Positions 12,493 through 26,008 of a stretch of 64,000 bases of DNA are shown here, in pieces. The stretch is from the NCBI RefSeq assembly GCF_026210795.1, contig NC_089435.1:4340001-4404000 (forward strand), written 5' to 3'. Numbering within the stretch: the stretch's first letter is position 1; the number at the start of each line of letters is the position of its first letter. This DNA comes from Rhizophagus irregularis (taxonomy: Eukaryota). The translations under genes were made by a program, and so were the position numbers. The notes under the pieces are model-generated. The model worked only from the letters and a program-made list of their open reading frames with translations, did no database searches and was not told where the DNA came from.

Positions 12493-13400
12493 CAAATTAG
12501 ATGCCAAGGTGAAGATTTTATTAGAAAAGTATTACAAAACATATTAGGAATTACAGCAAAGTCAGAAAAATTTCAAAAGTTCCAACATTTGGCATTAGAA
12601 GTAAAAGTTGAAACTTGTCTATCAATAAGATTACAAAAAGACTTCAAGATATCTCTTGCTGAGGCACAGACACTTATGGCCAACATTTTAATTCGATTCA
12701 TTCTTGCATTTAAAGAATTAATATGGAAACCAAGATGTGAACAAGTTATTTTATGGGAAAAAAGAGAAGGTATTTCTCGAACAGATAAAATTACTTTAGA
12801 ATCCAAAGCAAAGGACAATTCAAATCAACTTTCAGAATTCAAAGTAAAGAACAATTCAAATCAACTTACAAATAAAGTTAAAGATTTACAAATGGGAAAA
12901 GTAGATCGATTACAAAAATCAGTCTCTTTGGTAAAGAAATCTATGGATACCTTTGTAAGGAAATACATATGTGAGGATTGGATTCCAATAAAAAAGAAAG
13001 TTGATAAGATTACGTTATACATGAGCAAAAAATTATTGGATTAATAGATACAAAAATAATATTTTTATTCTTTTCTTATTTATATTTATTTTTATTTATA
13101 ATTTTAGACATATAATTTATTAATTATTGTTAATTTTATTTTTATTTTTAATTTTGTTTTTGTTTTTCTTTTAATGTTTTATTTTTGTTTATACTTTTAG
13201 ATTATGGTATATTATTTTGCTATGCTTTTTGGTTACTTTTATTCTTAATTTTAATTTTATTGGTAATATAATATCTAATGGTTGATTGGACTGGCCTGGA
13301 GCTGGAAGTATCATTCATAGAATATTTGTGATTATTATGTAGTCCAAATATATTCTAATAAAATGGTACATGATTCAACATTTAAAAAAAAAAAAAAAAA
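12493..13400 (+). mobile_element. 5'-truncated non-LTR retrotransposon (LINE) with poly(A) tail
   Basis: ORF fragment to 13044 with IWKPRCEQVILWEKREGI, resembling the C-terminus of Glomeromycota LINE ORF2 proteins; T-rich 3' UTR; poly(A) from 13384; TSD AAATATATTAAAAAAAT at 12476-12492 and 13401-13417 (first A's ambiguous with the tail). Confidence 0.85.
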
Positions 13401-15709
13401 AAATATATTAAAAAAATAATACATTAATATTTCTTTAACTTGCAGGTGATTTTCACCATACCAGCATTAGCAAATATTAATGGGCGACATTTTTAATTCT
13501 GCCCAAAACTCTACCCTAATTCTGGTAAGGTGACAATTACCGGTGGTGATATTTAGCAATACTCTTAAAATGTTGAATTTAAATTAATCTAAATTTAAAG
13601 ATAATGGAAAACAGAAAAAAGCTTTTTCTATTCATAATAAATAAAATGAAAAAAAGATATTAATGTTTCTTTTTTCTATTTTTTTTTATTTCACAAATAT
13701 TTAATTGTTTAAAATACTTTTTTTTTTTAGCTTTTTAAAATGTTGGACTTTTGAAGTTTTTATGTTCCTTCTTTTTATTTTTTTAAATGCAACTTTGAGT
13801 ATATACAGTAATATTACTCGAAAAATATTTTTAAGATTAAGCTAAGTTGTGAAGTGAATAAATTTAGAAGTGAAAATATATTTAATAAATAAAATTTTCA
13901 TTAAGAAGCAGTCATATAATTATATTAGTACAAAAAATGAATTATTTACATTTTGGTTACAGACATTTCACTGAAAGTCATTTCGCCAAAAGGATATTTC
14001 GCTGAAAAATAAGGCCAACATTACTATGCAACATTATAAATAATTCAAGCCAGATTATTTTTGTGCGGAGTTTTAAAAAATTTGTGCGCACATTGAATTT
14101 CAAACACTCCGTCCTACCTGGATATAACGGACTTAAAATAATGAAACATCGTACTATAACATTTCTTCCTTTGAAAATTCGGTTAAAATATTGTCCAAAT
14201 TATAGATTATCGTAATTTTTTGATGAACTAGTTAATAAAAACAAATATACATTTAAACTTTTTAACTATTGTGATTATATTTGTGATTAATCCAATAATC
14301 GTCTGGTAATCATCCGGTAATCATCCGGTAATCCGGTAATTTATTTCATCCAAATATACATATTATTTTCAATGAATATTTCTTTTTTGATTATATTTAT
14401 TCCAATTAGAAATTAAAACATTCGAATGAGAATACAAAAACAGAACGACATTTTGAAGTAATTGGTGCAGTATCTATAACAAGAATATCATTTATACCGT
14501 TTGTTTCAAATCATTCCATAAACATACTCATCATATTTTCGCAGCTATCTAGTTATTCAGCCTGTTTGATTAGGTGAAAATCCTCCAAATACGAATTATG
14601 TATTTACTATTCGCACCACATTTAACAGATGCAACAAACATGTGGTGGAACAATAACAAGTACCAGTGATTCCCAGTTCCCACGCTAAAGGACTAATACG
14701 TTCTTATTAAAGAAAAAAAAAATAATTTTCCTAAAAAAAAATCCATTATAATTTGTGCATTATTTTGCAATGTTGTTATTTAACAAAGATTTTTTCATTC
14801 AAATTGATACATTTAAACTTTAGCTTGTGACATATAACGAATCATGTATTGATGCATGTGACAAACTGACTATCAAGCCTAATTTGAAGGCGATAAAGAA
14901 ATAAGGTTTATTATTTTAGTGTGTAATTTACATTAAAAAGGTTAGTAATGATATATATAATGAATATTATTAATCTTTCATTGTAACATTGTACTGTACT
15001 ACGTAAATTTTATACATTTATTATTTATCTTTTAATCGTTGACCACAAAATTTCCACCATTTATCTTTTTTTTTGTTTATATAATTAGTCATGTATTAAA
15101 CTTTTTTTGTTAGTTATTATCTTCCTATTACTTTATATATTATATTTTTTCGACCATTTATTATTGTGATCACGACGATTAATAATTAATTATTCTACAA
15201 TACATAACATTGGGTGACATATATTATTCAATAATCAAATCAAAATGCAATTACGCCTAAATTCTAAGAAGCGAACATTATTTATGCTAATGCCTATTCT
15301 TAATAAAGTCTAGAACAATATTATGATCGCCGCTAAATTATGGTAACGATCTTCACGATTAGTGAAATTTACGATTCTTTGAATGATTTGCAAATAATGA
15401 TGTCAAGATTAATCTCGTTCTCATTGTTACAATAGATATTTTTAGTAGACTTTTCCATTAACAAACAATTTAAAAAATCGGTTTAAGTATATGCAGTTTT
15501 TGTGTTCATGTGTACCCAAATATTTGATATCATGCCTCAGATAATCAACTGCTTCCTTTATATCATCATATTTAGTAATCTTTTTGATTAAATTGTTTCA
15601 TTTTTTTTTTCATTTTCTTTTAAAAGAATATAAAAAAAATTATAAACTATCGTGCTATCGTTAAGAAAATTCTTTATTTTTTTTAAATATTGAAAAAAAA
15701 GTTATAATC

Positions 15710-17400
15710 ATGTCGCGAAATTCTTTAATTTATCTTTTGTTATTTATTTTATTACAATTCCTACTGGTTGAGATAAATTGTGAAGTGAAATTTCCCATAT
15801 CACAACGATATTTTCATACTACCACATATATTGATAATAAGTTATATATCTTGGGTGGTCGATATACATCTGATGATACTATTAAAACTCTTGGAAGAGA
15901 ATTTTTTTATCTTGATTTTTCCACCGGATTTAATACTAATTCTTTAACATGGAATACTGTCAATAATTTCGTTCCTCAACATCATGGTGCTGCAACCGTT
16001 GTAGGTGGTGCTCAAAATGATACATTATTTTTATATGGAGGAATTACAAATTACGAGAGAATGAGTATGGTTTATTCATTTAACCCGAAAAAATCATGGA
16101 TGATTCCAACCTTAGAAGGAAATGATGGAAGTGAAGTTAATAGAAAGGCATTTTTGACAGGCATTGCAGATAATGGAAAGATGTATTTATGGGGTGGAAC
16201 GGAAATGATAACGAGATATTATGTAAACGATATGCTTATTTTAGATATGATAGATCTTACTTGGAGTACTGGAAGTTTGATTAATGCACCAATTCCAAGA
16301 AATGAATATGGAGCCACTTTATTACCTAACCATAAAATTATTTATATGGGTAAGTTCGTTGATGATCAAGAATCGTTTCGCGAGGATCGTTTAATATAAA
16401 ATTATTTACACTATCTCATTCATTATTCTTATTTAGGTGGTAGCAATGGTCAAAATTTGGGTATAGGATTAGATAAGGTAAATTCTTTTGTATTTTATTT
16501 TAATAAACATGATATTTAGGTTTACATAAATTTATTTGTATTTTTTAGGTTTATATGTATGATACGATAAATGATAGTTGGGCTACTCAAGTAAGTTGTT
16601 AACTGTATATAAAATTTTTTTTTTTATAAAAACTCATCAATTTTTTGTTGTTATTAAATATGTAGGTAACTTCAGGAAATATACCTTCTAGAAGATTTGG
16701 TTTTTCTTCTAATCTTGGTAAGTTTTTTTTTCTTAAAATATGAATATGTAAATTAGATTTTATTAATAATAATCTTTCATCTTAATAGCTTTAGATGGGC
16801 AAAGATTAATAATTTTTGGAGGATATAATGTTCCTTCTAAGGAAGCAACTTACGTATTAGATTTAACCAATTTTAACTGGTATGTTCCGAATATTAATGG
16901 AACTATTCCATCAAGTCGAGCCTATCATAGAGCAGATGTAATTAATAAATATCTGGTTGTAACATTTGGTAAATATAGTAAAATAATATTTATTATTAAT
17001 GTTTTTTTTTTAGCGAGTTTTAATTTAATAATAAAATATAATTAATTTAATAGGGTCCGGTTATAATAATTCAAAGGAAGATGATGTTTTATTACTTGAT
17101 ATAAGTAATAATGACCAATATGTTTGGACAGGCTATTATGCTATTTCTGATTCAGCTCCATCGCCAATTGATAGTAAAAAATCTCGTAATTACAAATTAA
17201 TCGGTATAATTGGCGCATCTGTAGTCGGTAGTATGGTATTAATTGCAGGAACTTACTACTTACACAGATGGAATAGAAATAGACGAACGAAAATTGCAGT
17301 ACATCCTCCTAGCGGTAAACTTGATAATCAAACAGGACAAAAAGTAGTTTTAACAATGGTTAACGATAATGGCAATAATGATCAACAAACCAAACAATAA
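15710..17400 (+). CDS. Signal peptide + Kelch/galactose-oxidase-type beta-propeller + single TM receptor-like protein
   Basis: Six GT-AG exons (approximately 15710-16349, 16437-16477, 16549-16590, 16666-16717, 16789-16968, 17054-17400). Hydrophobic N-terminus, repeated LY(I/L)xGG...W Kelch motifs, TM LIGIIGASVVGSMVLIAGTYYL followed by basic residues. Confidence 0.85.
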
Positions 17401-18024
17401 TTACAAAAAAAAGCGATTAAAATATGATCTCTAATAATGTATAAATACATTTTTTATTTCCATTTATATATATATATATATATATAATATATTGTGTATA
17501 AATAAATTATATAAATAAATTACAAATTTATATACTGTTACCCTGTAAAAAAAAAAAAATTTTTACCACATAAATATCATTGATATGTCGTTTGAATTTA
17601 GATTGGTTTACGATTTCTTCCGATTAATCGTTAATAATTTTCGTGTAACATGCCAAAATGTCTAATTGAATTAAGTTGTAAATATTATCTTTACGTTTTT
17701 GGTTATATCAGATGTTGATGAATTTGTAACTTCATACGTTAAATAACCATTTATCAAGCATTATCAAACATGGTATTACAACCGAAGATTTTTACGCCCT
17801 GAGCTCAAAAAGGTATCATCAAACTAAATGTAGATACGATTACCCTTATCTTGAGATAGATATAATTTTCTTATAAATTTTGGTTCTCAGAAGGTATTCT
17901 TTTAACCAAAGAAATTTTTTTCTTTTTTATTTTAAAAAAAAAAAATTATCACTCAATTTTCAATTTTTATTTTGTTTCATTTTTTTAAAAAAAATAATTG
18001 TTTTGTAAAAAAAAAACCATAGCC

Positions 18025-19739
18025 ATGTTAAAGAACACTCTAACTTATTTCGTATTATTATTCAATTTAATTCAATGCTTATTAACTGAAATAAATGGTG
18101 TATCACCCATCCTAGCCTTCAAACCAACACTACGACATCTTCATGCCGCTACAGTCATTGACGATAAATTATATATTTTAAGCGGAATGGATGACACTAT
18201 TGGTGGGATTGTTGGCGGAACCCAATTTTTTTATCTCAACGTATCAGCTCCATTTAATACTAAAATGCCATTATATTGGCATGACCTAACAAGTAAAAAT
18301 ATCGTTCCACCGCAAATCGGTGTCACAGCCGTTAAAGGTGGTGCTGATAATAATACGTTAATTTTGTACGGAGGAAGAAATTTGACAAGCATTGAAAGCA
18401 AAGCTTTGGTTTATGCGTATGATACCCAGGGTAACGCGTGGCATATCCCAACAATTTCTGGAGAAAATTATATTAAGAGGAGAAGTTTAACAGCAGTCGT
18501 CGATTATCAAGGAAAAGTATATTTATTTGGTGGAAAGTTATTGGAATTTGACTCTTTTGTAAATGATATGATTACTTTAGATACAATAAATTTTCGTTGG
18601 GGAAAAGGTAGTTCAACAAACGCACCAACATCAAGAATTAATTATGGTGCAACATTATTACCCAATCAAAACATTATTTATATAGGTAAGACCATTTACC
18701 GCGACGCAGTAACTGAGTGTGAAAACATGTGACCGTGTGATTTATTTTTTTTTTTTAATTAAATAGGTGGTGGAAATAGCCTTAATGAAAGTTTACCATT
18801 AGATGAGGTAATTATATCATTATTTATTATTTTAATATATACAGGGTTAACTTGATTAATTTATCTTGATAGGTCTTTATATACGATACTAACAATAATA
18901 ATTGGAGCACAAAAGTAAGTTAATAATCATTATCTTTTATATAAAGACTCACTCACTAATAATATACGATAATTGATTCTTAATTAAAGAAAACTTCAGG
19001 GTTAATACCTTCTAATAGATATGGTTTAACTGCTGTTCTTGGTATGTATTAAATTAAAATAAAATTTATAAAATTTTCAAATTTCTCAATTATTAATCAT
19101 TTTATCCTAATAGGATTGGACGGAGAACAAGTTATAGTTTATGGAGGGTTAGGAAATAAAAATATTATTATCAATCCCGAAGAATCACTTTATACTTTAA
19201 ATATCAACACTTTTGAATGGAGTATTCCAAAAATTACTGGAAACATTCCAAGCTGTAGATATATGCATAGAGCAAATGTGATTGGAAATTATATGGTCAC
19301 AACATTTGGTAAATACATTATTGTTGATTTGATTTTTTATAAATGATGATTTGATTTTTAAATTTTTATCCTAAATTTAATAGGAGTCGGTTATAACATA
19401 ACTGAAGACGACGTTTTATTACTTGATATCAGTGATAAAAATGAATTTAAATGGACAACGACCTTTTATCCGCCACCTCCAACTTCAGATCCAGCTCCAG
19501 CTCCTCCTTCAACACCGTCTAAGAATAAATCGGTAGTAATTGGTTTAGCTACTGGATTTTCTTTACTTTGTGCATTCACTATTGGAATGTTCTTCTTGTA
19601 CAAACGAAATAAGAATAGAAAAGTAAAAGTAAATACACTACATATTCCTAACGGTAAACTTGACAATCAATCAGGACAAAAAACGGTTGAAACAACTAAT
19701 AAGGTTGACAATCATGATGAAGAAGCGAAACAAGTTTAA
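18025..19739 (+). CDS. Kelch-repeat single-pass membrane protein (paralog A of tandem pair)
   Basis: Same six-exon layout as 15710-17400; signal peptide, Kelch motifs, Pro-rich stalk PPPPTSDPAPAPPSTP, TM VVIGLATGFSLLCAFTIGMFFLY, stop TAA ending at 19739. Confidence 0.85.
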
Positions 19740-20473
19740 CCAATCGTTGAAAAGATTTAAATTAAAATCAAATCCTCTGATCAAGATGTTTTATTTTCTT
19801 CTTGTATATATATACATATATTATATATCATAATTCAAATATTTTTCTCTCTTTTTCTGTATATTTCAAGTTTTTGTATATTATCTTTTATCTTTTTTTT
19901 TGTAATTTTTTTTCTTTATGAATAATTTTTAATTTAAACAAAACTTAACCTCGAACTTAAAATATGTTTTACACGTTTTTTTGTAAAATTTGAACGTGAT
20001 TGGTAGCCTGTTTTTCCATCATCATCTTAACATAATTGCATCATAACCGGGAATTAGTACAATCTTATTGACCATTAAATTCGAAGGTATACATATGCGT
20101 ATAATGCAATCTGGGAAAGTCAATTTAACTATATTTAATTTGCATCAGTGAATTATTTTTTTTTACTTGTCAACATTATCTTTACGTTTTTGGTTATATG
20201 TCGTTTGAATTTGGAATTTCATACGTTAAATAACCACATTATCAAACTTTCTTGCGGTATTACAAACGAATTTACGCCTGAGCTCAAAAAGGTAGCATCA
20301 AACTATTTGTAGATAGATATAATTTTCTTATAAATTCTGGTTCTCAGAAGGTATTCTTTTTAACCAAAGAAATTTTTTTTTCTTAAAAAAAAAAGTTATC
20401 ACTCAATTTTCAATTTTTATTTTGTTTCATTTTTTTAAAAAGTAATTTTTTTTTGTAAAAAAAAACCATAACC

Positions 20474-22183
20474 ATGATGTTAAAGAACACTTTAACTTAT
20501 TTCGTATTATTATTCAATTTCTTATTAATTGAAATAAATGGTACTTCGCCACCCCTCATATTCAAACCAACACTACGACATCTTCATGCTGCTACAGTCA
20601 TTGACGATAAATTATATATTTTAAGCGGAATGGATGATACTATTGGTGGGATTGTTGGCGGAACCCAATTTTTTTATCTCAACGTATCAGCTCTATTTAA
20701 TACTCAAATGCCATTAAATTGGCGTGACCTAACAAGTAAAAATATCGTTCCACCGCAAATCGGTGTCACAGCCGTTAAAGGTGGTGCTGATAATAATACG
20801 TTAATTTTGTACGGAGGAAGAAATTTGACAAACATTGAAAGCAAAGCTTTGGTTTATGCGTATGATACCCAGGGTAACTCGTGGAATATCCCAACAATTT
20901 CTGGAGAAAATCACATTAAGAGGAGAAGTTTAACAGCAGTCGTTGATTATCAGGGAAAAGTATATTTATTTGGTGGAAAGTTATTGGGATTTGACTCTTT
21001 TGTAAATGATATGATTACTTTAGATACAATAAATTTTCGTTGGGGAAAAGGTAGTTCAACAAACGCACCAACATCAAGAGTCAATTATGGTGCAACATTA
21101 TTACCCAATCAAAACATTATTTATATAGGTAAGACCTTTTACCGTGACGCAGTAACTGAATGTGAAAACATGTGACCGTGTGATTTTTTTTTTAACTATT
21201 AAATAGGTGGTGGAAATAGCCTTAATGAAAGTTTACCATTAGATGAGGTAATTATATCATTATTTATTATTATTTAATATATACAGGGTTAATTTGATTA
21301 ATTTATCTTGATAGGTCTTTATATACGATACTAAAAATAATAATTGGAGCACAAAAGTAAGTTATAATCATTATCTTTATATAAAGACTCACTCACTAAT
21401 ATATGATAATTGATTTTTAATTAAAGAAAACTTCAGGGTTAATACCTTCTAATAGATATGGTTTAACTGCTGTTCTTGGTATGTATTAAAATTAAAGAAA
21501 ATAAATAAAATTTTTCAAATTTCTCAATTATTAATCATTTTATCCTAATAGGATTGGACGGAGAACAAGTAATAGTTTATGGAGGGTTAGGAAATAATAA
21601 TATTATTATCAGTCCCAAAGAATCACTTTATACTTTAAATATTAACACTTTTGAATGGAGTATTCCAAAAATTACTGGAAACATTCCAAGCTGTAGATAT
21701 ATGCATAGAGCAAATGTGATTGGAAATTATATGGTCACAACTTTTGGTAAATACATTATTGTTGATTTGATTTTTATAAATGATTTGATTTTTATAATTT
21801 TTATCCTAAATTTAATAGGAGTCGGTTATAACATAACTGAAGACGATGTTTTATTACTTGATATCAGTGATAAAAATGAATTTAAATGGACAACGACCTT
21901 TTATCCGCCACCTCCTCCAACTTCAGCTCCAGCTCCAGCTCCAGCTCCTCCTTCAACACCGTCTAAGAATAAATCGGTAGTAATTGGTTTAGCTACTGGA
22001 TTTTCTTTACTTTGTGCATTCACTGTTGGAATGTTCTTCTTGTACAAACGAAATAAGAATAGAAAAGTAAAAGTAAATACACTACATATTCCTAACAGTA
22101 AACTTGACAATCAATCAGGACAAAAAGCGGTTGAAACAATAAATAAGGTTGACAATCATGATGAAGAAGTAAAGCAAGTTTAA
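20474..22183 (+). CDS. Kelch-repeat single-pass membrane protein (paralog B of tandem pair)
   Basis: Near-identical to 18025-19739 in exons, introns and flanks; slightly longer Pro/Ala stalk. Confidence 0.85.
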
Positions 22184-22739
22184 CCATAATCGTTGAAAGA
22201 TTTAAATTAAAATCAAATCCTCTGATCAAAATGTTTTATTTTCTTCTTGTATATATATACATATATTATATATCATAATTAAAATATTTTTCTCTCTTTT
22301 TCTGTATATTTCAAGTTTTTGTATATTATCTTTTATTTTTTTTTTGGAATTTTTTTTCTTTTTTGTACTACTTTTGTTTCTCATGAATAATTTATAATCT
22401 AAACAAAACTTCTTATAATATGTTCTACACGTTTTTTGTAAAATTTGAACGTGATTGGTAGCCTGTTTTCCATCATCATCATAAAAATTTGCTATACTGG
22501 CTAATTTTACTAAACTATTTTACTTAATATATTTTGCCGGAATACCAGGGATGACAACCTTGTTAACCATTGAATTTGAAGGTATATATACGCGTGATTT
22601 TTGGTTGCGTTAGGTAGTTTTTAAAATATTTCTAGCTTTTTTATCATCTCATAATACACTTTGGGACATTCAATTTCGCTATATTTAATTGGCATCAGTG
22701 AATAGTTATCTTTTTTTTACTTGTCCATTTCCAACTTTT

Positions 22740-24880
22740 ACTCTATAATTGGCTATTCATTGTAATATGAAAATTTCCTATAAACAAAAAAGTAGAGAGA
22801 CGGAAGCTATCTTCTTGCACCAAAAGCAGTGATGGCAAGATAAATAAGACATTGATATTCAGGTTCCTGATCTTTATCATCTTAGTTAAAGTAAGCATTC
22901 CTGAAAGATCAGCTTACCGATAACTTGCCAAGTAAAAACCCAATTAACACTGGTCTTAAGCAAAATACTATTCAGTGAATCCTTCATAAATATTTCCAAC
23001 CTAATTAGATCAATTATATTTTTCTTTTCCATGTTATTCTTACCCTCACCCGTTACTTCTTTATAAAAAGAATATAAATACCGTTATTGATGATATTCCT
23101 GATCATATCAGGTTGTTAGCTCAAGAAGGATCACTGACAGCAAGCTTTCAGACCTTTGCACTAGTACTGAAAGTGTTTGGCCAAATTGTCAGATGTATAA
23201 GCATTATGAAAGAAAGTGTGCAATATGGGACTTATTAAATTCGCCACCAAAGTTCTTTCGCTAATTTTTTTCTTCAATGAACGTAACAGAATTGTGTAAG
23301 CCCTGCAAAGTAGTTGAGAGAAAACACTTTACCATAGACAATTAATAAAGATGTTTGAATAAAAAAGAGTAGAGATCAAACTTACAAGTGTTGAAATAGA
23401 AACTGCATTCGTTGGAAAAATTCATCTTCTGCTGTTGAATCGAATGTTTTCGAGAAAGAGTTTATAATTGTTTTACGAAGTTTGCACAACCCGCCATCAT
23501 CGTCATCAAGAGCAATCTAAAGTAATGATAATCAGCAAAAGAATTTCTAATATTGCAAAAGATGATAATGTTAATAAAAGAATATAAACCTCAATATATC
23601 TGATATTCTTGTAGTATCAATTTTATGTCCCTCGTCAATTTCTCTATTCCAATAAAACTTGATTTAATGTCCTTTCTCAAATCTTCAAGAGTTTCCTAGA
23701 AAATACTTTTATTTGCATCTCTGAATAGTTATCCATCTGCAATAAAAGAATATGCGATAGACTCCTAAATTTTTCAAAAAAATCACATTCTAAAAATAAA
23801 GTTAATTACTAAAAAGGTATTCATTTAAAAGTCCTACTTACAATATTTCGTGATAATTTTTCGTTACTAGCAAGCCAGAATTTTGCGCATGAGCTAACGC
23901 TTTGGATCGATATGACTCAAATAATGACGATATGTTCTTTGATTTAAAAAATGAACTATAAAATAGTTATTGTTTTAGAGGAATCACACTTGCGATCGAC
24001 TGTAAGAAAAAATATACTTACAGGCTTATCCCCTTGACTAATGTATTCGTCAAACCCAATTCTTCTACGTTCATATTTAACCTAGACTCATCCTCATCGC
24101 TTTATCATACTCGGACTCACTTCCGGTTTTTGTGAGTGCAGGTCGTTTTCTTGGCTTGTAAAATATATCAAATTAATATATATATTTGTTTGTACGCAAA
24201 TATTATCTGTGTTGTATTTATACTAACCTCTTCGCTATTTTCATAATCACGATCCAGAACCAGTGCTACCTTTGAATTAGAAGTCACAATACGCGGAGGA
24301 AGTTCGATCTGGGGATGATTTTTCGTCATTGTAAAAAGCAGATAATATATAAGTCTAATGAAATAACCAAACTCATCATCATAATCAAAGGAATAAGATA
24401 TATTCCATGAAACGAGACGTAGTCTAACAACCAGAAAGACGTAGTTCCTAGTTGCAACATGGAAATAGAGGCGTAGTCTATTCCCTGAGGGAAGGCGTAG
24501 TTCACTATCACTGGCCGAGACGTAGTCAGGCAGCTACTCAGAGCTTCTATCTTAGCTAATAATAAATATTTACATAAAAAACACGTACATTAAATTCGTC
24601 AAGACATTTTTGAGCTCGTGCACTTTTTTCTTTTGATTCGTTACTTGGAATAATCTTATTAAGTGCTTTCGTATAGTTCCTATGCTCCTGACTCTTGTAA
24701 AATCTTTGCATACTGTCGTCTGTATTTCAAGAAAGAAATTAGCGTCCAGGTTGCATGTTCTTCAAAATAATTATGTTTGTAAATATTGAATTTGGTATTT
24801 GTAGTTCGTGTTATTTGCGTGACAGGTGACACCAGATTTGTATCACTCCTGATTTTAGATCGTTTTAAAAAAAATTCCAT
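22740..24880 (-). pseudogene. Decayed multi-exon gene of an expanded family with a probable PD-(D/E)xK-like C-terminal domain
   Basis: Minus-strand fragments YFEEHATWTLISFLKYRR (N-terminal) and FFYKEVTGEGK...IDLIRLEIFMKDSLN (C-terminal); intron donors appear on the plus strand as CTTAC/CTAAC; many stops. Boundaries approximate. Confidence 0.45.
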
Positions 24881-26008
24881 TCCTAATATTAGCAACAATA
24901 TGATTAATTTTTTGAAAATTTTCAAGTGATATATTCTAAAATTACCCCATATCTTAAAAGACAAAAAAAAAGTGTTTATCTAAGAATCTAACATTTTTTT
25001 TTACATTTTTAAATTAAAATATGTTATTCAAAGTGTAATTAATAGTCTAATGTGAAAATAGTTGCTTAAAATTTATTTTTACTAATTTTGTGGATTCATT
25101 TTTTTTTTTGAAAATGTGCCTATTTTATTTTGAAAAAAAAATCTAAATTCCAATGAGAAAATTGACATCCAAAATTTTCTTTTCTTAGATACACAATGCC
25201 GACAAGGGTTGATTTAATTTGTTAATAATCAAAAAAAAAAAAAATTTTAAGGTAAAGGGATGTGATTAGTATAGAATTGTGTGAAGTTTTCCCACGAAAA
25301 CTTTATCTTCAACTTGGGGACTTTCCTTTATACTAAGTGGTGAACGACTTCTGGCCCGTCCAATCTCTACCGAAGTAGGTGGACACCCCACCCCAATATA
25401 TGGAACTTGTCCAACTCACCGTCGTTTAATACTTTTATTTATCTTATTTATTTTCATTTATTTAAAACTCTTTTCATAATAAAATAAATTCTTACATAAA
25501 TATTCTTTTTAAATGTGTTAAAATTCTTTGCTCATAAATATTATTAACCTGGTATTAATCTAATAAATATCAATAATTATACAGTATGTTCATTAACGTT
25601 AACATTAACGCAATTGAGATTTCGCTTTAATTGGTCAAAATAATGAAGGTGCCAGAGAAAAATTAAGAAAACTAGAAGTAGAATTTCACACTTGTAATTG
25701 AACGAATATTGTTTGTATGATTCCTATGATTTATCCTCATTTTCATGCTTTTTAAATTTATTCTTTATATTCAAATAATGTATTTATTTGTGTACAATTG
25801 CCAAAAAAAAATTGATTCTGATTCATATTAACAGTTTCAATATTTTGAAAATTTGAAAAATACATAATTCTAGTCTAAATTAAAATTTTATTTTTTTTTA
25901 CACGTTATACACATAATTAAAAAAAAAATGCCATGAATTTAATTAAATAAATGTTACAAATTTAAATGAACTTTATTTTAATAAGACCGATCAAAAGAAT
26001 TATATATA

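Larger units (their letters stand above)
17680..22600 (+). repeat. Direct tandem segmental duplication, unit ~2.45 kb
   Basis: Upstream blocks (ATTATCTTTACGTTTTTGGTTATAT at ~17684 and ~20175; GAGCTCAAAAAGGTA) and downstream blocks (GAACGTGATTGGTAGCCTGTTTT) are repeated together with the Kelch gene. Confidence 0.85.

Noticed and set aside
25300..25340. RNase MRP/P RNA gene based on GGAAAGTCCCC
   Set aside because: No complementary CR-V motif downstream on that strand; kept only as an unidentified structured island.
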